From NCBI RefSeq assembly GCF_009914755.1, contig NC_060947.1: 64,000 bases of DNA; one strand, written 5' to 3'. Below the pieces are notes generated by a model. It was given only the letters and a program-made list of their open reading frames with translations, had not been told where the DNA came from and ran no database searches. The DNA comes from the human T2T-CHM13v2.0 reference genome, Homo sapiens. A program made the translations under genes and the position numbers. Shown piece after piece: positions 58,895-64,000 of the stretch (position 1 is its first letter; the number at the start of each line of letters is the position of its first letter).

Positions 58895-60104
58895 TATTAC
58901 TGAGGAGAGCTGATGTCCCAGTACTTCTCTAAACTTAGAAGAAAGATTTCAACCAACAGATAGCACAAAGATAGCAGAGGACTTTATTGAAAAGAAATAT
59001 AGTGTGAAAAGCATATTGCAGGAAAAATTAAGTACACTCCAAGGAAGGAGCAGGCTGATCCTGCAAAAAACAGCGCTGAGGGTCCCGTGCAGGGAGTTTT
59101 ATCATGTCAGATTTCTTCAAATTCCCTCCTCTGTCTCAAGTCCCCACCTCTGTCCTTTGTCTAGTTTTCACACGCCTGCCATAAGTCCCTACATGCCTGG
59201 GTAGTCTCTACACAGGCTTGTGGGAGCCGCTCTTACTGTTGGTTAATGAGCATGCACGAGCAGGTGATTAACACAAATCCTTCCTGATGGAGGCCCTGCT
59301 CATTACTGCCAACCCAGGAAGGTTGTAGAATGGTCAAATCCATACCTATTGCAAATGAATATCTACTTGGAATTTCCTTCTCTGTGCTAATCTGTACTTG
59401 TGGTGCCAGGTTTCTCATAGGAATGTCCCTTTTGTCCTTATCAGCATGTAGCTAACAATATTCTGACATTTTAACTGGAGAGTGAATGATTATTAAGAGT
59501 TCGTGAATCTGTGCCTTTATGCAAGATAAAAAGCTCTCCTAGTACTTTAAGATGGCTTTTCAATGTAGATAAATAATTGGTCTGCATGAAATGCTGAGAC
59601 TTTAGAGGCTTCTCTTTGTATTTTTAACATTGTCAAAGTCAAAAGGTAGTTTTCCCCTATGGAAAATTGTGATTTAACTGAAAAAGGAATTTGTAAGTTG
59701 CATAAAAAAAGATGCTCTGTGAATCTTCTCATTTGGACTGAAAACAATAATAATCCAATTAACCTGTAAATGCTACACATGGAGGAGCCTTTTCACATTA
59801 AAAGACCTTGTGAATGCTGAGCCATCTAAGATGTTTTCCTCTTACACCTAAAAGCTGCTTTTAAGAGATGCCAACTCTTAAGTGGCATCTTAAGAGGCAT
59901 TCCTGGGTGTTTCTTTCTGTGTAGGTAACTCCTCTTCTTCTCACTCACATTTGACTAAGTGCCCACCCACTCCAGCATTAGAGATGTTATTAATATGAAA
60001 ATTTTGGGTGCCCCCTCGGGCGTGAGCCTTCCAAGACATTTTTTCTTTTTTTCTACTAGGAGTTTCCCCTCCTGTTCATATCTAGCTATCTACATGCTCT
60101 AACA
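58895..60104 (-). mobile_element. ERV1 5' LTR (LTR48/MER66/MER73-like), interrupted by an inverted duplication
   Basis: Adjacent to the PBS, AATAAA on the minus strand (tttatt near 58983), ends tagctatctacatgctctaaca. Confidence 0.7.
59496..59874 (-). repeat. Inverted repeat arm 1 (derived copy)
   Basis: Reverse complement of 60963-61341. I count 6 substitutions in 379 bp by eye. Confidence 0.97.
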
Positions 60105-60962
60105 CTTTGATATGAATTTTTAATTAATGCTTTTTACTTTAATAGATTTCACACATATTAAAATTTTTATTAGGATACAGCTCTTTAAGTTTTATATATT
60201 AAGCAAGAGTCGATTTCAATTCATGATTTTGCATTTTAATCAAGAATGCAACAAAAAAGTTCCATAATTGAACATAAACCTTGCTTGTAGACTATTTGGC
60301 AACTATAAATTCATTAACATTCATTTTTCTCTGAAGCGTCCTTTCCAGTATTTTTGTTAATACTGTAATATGACTCATTAACTATGAAAGGTTGAAAACA
60401 TTGTATTACTGATAGACACGCTGAGAATCACTAGTTCAAATGGTTGTTTGCTTAAAAGACTATATGGCCATAGATACCTAGGTAAATAGAAAAAAGTAAG
60501 GAAATAATCATATATATTCATATTCATATATGTATATATGGAAAAGGAATAAATAAATAAGTTTAAGAGAAAGTAATATCATAATAGCATTTATTCTTTG
60601 GAGTATAGCTAGAAATACTTTCTTACATTTTCAGATCTTTGGTCATTTTAAGTAGGACTAATCTTCCATATATTATAGTTCAGTTTGACAAAATATATAT
60701 GAATAAAAGAGATTTTGATAAAGAGTGATGATGACATTAAATGAAGAAGTGTTTAATTTACATCATGTCCAGTCCTCCAACTTACAGGGTTCAAGTTGTT
60801 CGGTAAAGCATGTAAACCCAAAAAGGAAAGTTTTAGTTGGTAAGAAACAGGAATGATTTTTATTATTGACTGACTTTGTAGCCTCCTCTCTTTAGATGTG
60901 AGCTACACATTTCTACTCTTCTGGAACCAGGGAATCCATCCTTAAGTTGTTCCCTCATTCTC

Positions 60963-61341
60963 TTGGCATCTCTTAAAAGCAGCTTTTAGGTGTAAGAGGA
61001 AAACATCTTAGATGGCTCAGCATTCACAATGTCTTTTAATGTGAAAAGGCTCCTCCATGTGTAGCATTTACAGGTTAATTGGATTATTATTGTTTTCAGT
61101 CCAAATGAGAAGATTCACAGAGCATCTTTTTTTATGCAACTTACAAATTCCTTTTTCAGCTAAATCACAATTTTCCATAGGGGAAAACTACCTTTTGACT
61201 TTGATAATGTTAAAAATACAAAGAGAAGCCTCTAAAGTCTCAGCAATTCATGCAGACCAATTATTTATCTACATTGAAAAGCCATCTTAAAGTACTAGGA
61301 GGGCTTTTTATCTTGCATAAAGGCACAGATTCATGAACTCT
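60963..61341 (+). repeat. Inverted repeat arm 2 (donor copy)
   Basis: Mirror-image ORFs 59547-59780(-) and 61057-61290(+) are nearly identical. Confidence 0.97.
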
Positions 61342-61373
61342 GAGTCACAAAAGGCTTTGGAGCTCGTCTAGTT

Positions 61374-61601
61374 CAGAGGTTGGCAAACTTTTTCCATAAA
61401 GGACCAGATTGTAAATATTGTAGGCTTTGCAGGCCAAGAGGCAATGTCCTCAATTCTTGAAGCAACTGTTCTCATTCGTGGACTAATAGGCTTTTTTACA
61501 TTTTAGTAATAAAAATGTAAAATACATTCTATGCTCTTGGGTCATACAAAAATAGGTGGTGAAATGGATTTGGCCCATTGGGCGTAGTTTGCCAGCCCCT
61601 C
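61374..61601 (+). mobile_element. MER58-type hAT-Charlie MITE
   Basis: Terminal inverted repeats cagaggttggcaaact ... agtttgccagcccct, and ggatttggccc. Confidence 0.88.
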
Positions 61602-62278
61602 AAACTAACCCACTCTTTCTTAAACTGGGCTGTATTTACTTGTGCTTGTTAAAAATACCTAGATAATCTGGCTTCTTTACTTGGCATTAAATCGCAGACA
61701 AACATTATTATTCTGAAGCTTTCTCAAAGCAAACCTGTAGGGAAATATACAATGTACAATGATGGAGATAGTTTACAGACAAAGGAGGACCATTGAGGAT
61801 TCAAGTTCCCTAAGTAGTGAGCTTTATTTCCTTTAGAAGGTAAATGGCTCCTTGCCATTTTCTCCTTCCCTCTCCTGTATCTCCCTATTTAAGCCTTAAA
61901 TTCCTTAAAATTTTGCAAATTGCATGGTATAACTTTCTTTGCATGGAATTGCATCACAGATTAACATTAGTTAGATACATTTTTCCAATAAAAATTACGA
62001 GAAAAAACTCTTTATAAATTCTAATATAGGGCATTAATAGAAGCTTTTTTTTAAATTTTTACATTCCACATGAACCTTGGAGTACACTTATTGTCATCTA
62101 TTGAGCTCTGAGGCCTAAATGCCCCATGAGTCAATTTATTTCAAGACAATGGATAGTTAGAATGCAGCTGTATATTATAGGCATGTGGTCATTGCTCTGA
62201 TGTCACTTCATCAGGAAATGTTCTGTGTAATGAATTTCATCTAAGTGGCTGCAATAATTTGTTAAGATTATAGAACAA

Positions 62279-62300
62279 CACACACACACACACACACACA
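62279..62300. repeat. (CA)n microsatellite
   Basis: Directly visible. Confidence 0.95.
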
Positions 62301-63295
62301 GCCCACCACCCCAAAATGACAACTTAACAGTACTATATAAGATGCAGTAAAATGGCAGATACAAAGGAGAGATCAGGATATTAACCTTTGGACAGAGCTT
62401 TGCAGCCTTCACTGAAAATCAGTTTAATGTAAAATGCGAACCTGTAAATCAGTTCTTTGAAGAAAAAAATGAGCAACTGCCTAGAAAAAGGGCACACTTT
62501 ATTATAAATTCATTAGGTGGAGACATTTATTTAAAACTTTATTTGAGTTTAGGTTTCACAGCAATTTTCTCTCTCAATAAGAACTTAGCACTGCACAGAA
62601 TTCCAGTTCTCAGGAAAATAGTCTTAGAGCTAAAGAGAGATTAGATTTTATAGAGTTTTAATTAATAAATTTATAAATATTGTTTCTCTTTTGATGTTAA
62701 CTGAAGTTAAATGTTTAGAAAAAAGAATAGTTTATTTCAAAAGTGCAACTTCTGGAAAGTGGTGTTACTAGGAATTTTCTGGTACTTACAGTCTCTGGTA
62801 CTTTATATCATCTTTGAAATTATTCTAGCTAAAGAAAATATTTATTTTTGTGTTCCAAAAGGCAGACATAAAGCTTTAATATAGCCAAGAGTCCCCAAAG
62901 CTTCAGGCAGTATGGCAATCTAAATGACCAGTGTGAATTCCATATTCACTGTATTTTCTGTTATATTTTTCCCCATGGAGTGTTAAAATGCACAGCTGCT
63001 GTAGGTTATTCTGTAAAGAGTAGAAACATCTGTATAGTTCCTGAAGAGGCCAAGTGTCCTGATAAATCAAACACATAAAAGAATATTAATTACCAATTTA
63101 TGAAGGAAGATATTATTTGATTAAGCATAAATTGTGTCCAGTTAAATAAAATTTGCTTGCGTTTTTCCTTGTCCCTTACTTTTTGTCTTGACTTCTAAAA
63201 TAATGAAAACTAGTGATAGAGAAGTCATGATTGAATAGCTATTTCTATGATTTTGGAATAGTAGTCAGATACCTTCTTAGTATGTACACTTTATA

Positions 63296-64000
63296 ATTTT
63301 TTTTTAGGTTCAAGGGTACATATGTAGGTTTGTTATATAGGTAAACTGCATGTCATGAGGGTTTGCTGTACAGAAGACTTCCTCACCCAAGTAATAAGCA
63401 TAGTACCAGATAGGTAGTTTTTTGATTCTCTCCCTCCTCCCACCCTTCACCCTCAAATAGGCCTCAATGTCTGTTGTTCTCTTTGTGTCCACGTGTTCCT
63501 ATTGTTAAGCTCCCACATATAAGTGAGAACATGTGGTATTTGGTTTTCTGTTCCTGTTAGTTTGCTAAGCATGATGGCCTCCAGCTTCATCCATGTTGCT
63601 TCAAAGGACATAATCTCATTCTTTTTTGACTGTGTAGTTTTTCATAATGTACATATACCACATTTTCTTTATCTACTCTACTTCTGATGGACATTTAAGT
63701 TGATACCACATCTTTGCTATTGTGAATAGTGCTAAAATAAACATACACATGCATAGGTCTTTATAGTAGAACAATTTATGTTCCCTTGAATATATACCCA
63801 ATAATGGGATTGCTGGGTTGAATGGTAATTATTTTAAGTTTTTTGAGGAATTGCCACACTGCTTTTCACAATGGCTGAACTAATTTACATTCCCACCCCC
63901 AGTGCATAAGCATTCTCTTTTCTCTGCAACCTTGCCAGTATCTGTTACTTTTTGTAATAATAACCATTTTGTAATAAGAGCCAATGGTATCTCATTGTGG
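63296..64000 (-). mobile_element. L1PA15/16-like 3' end, running off the right edge
   Basis: ggttcaagggtacatatgtaggtttgttatataggtaaact..gtaataagcatagtacc. Confidence 0.9.

Noticed and set aside
61057-61290. 77-aa ORF present twice (also 59547-59780 on the minus strand) as a possible duplicated microprotein gene
   Set aside because: It is duplicated only because of the inverted repeat. The differences include three amino-acid changes, and there is no recognisable domain, promoter or splice support.

Overview
This is primate, most likely human, genomic DNA. It is AT-rich, CpG-poor and made mostly of interspersed repeats. I see no protein-coding gene, RNA gene or CpG island. Every ORF I can recognise is a decayed L1 ORF1/ORF2, ERV gag or Alu-derived frame. 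The window holds many L1s (L1ME/L1MB to L1PA4-5), three full Alus plus one Alu fragment, MIRs, two DNA-transposon MITEs, and MaLR, ERVL and ERV1 LTRs and proviral remnants. I find no evidence for a new biological system. The notable features are structural. (1) A 379-bp, about 98% identical inverted duplication of non-repeat DNA copied into an LTR (59496-59874 vs 60963-61341), a candidate inversion substrate. (2) A probable L1 3' transduction (51743-51885). (3) A five-layer nested L1 stack (11595-30350) in which a genomic fragment carrying an older L1 piece sits inside a younger L1. (4) A multi-template-switch scar in a HERV-L leader. (5) Two twin-primed L1MA insertions with nearly the same inversion point. 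Subfamily names come from recalled consensus features and need RepeatMasker/Dfam confirmation.
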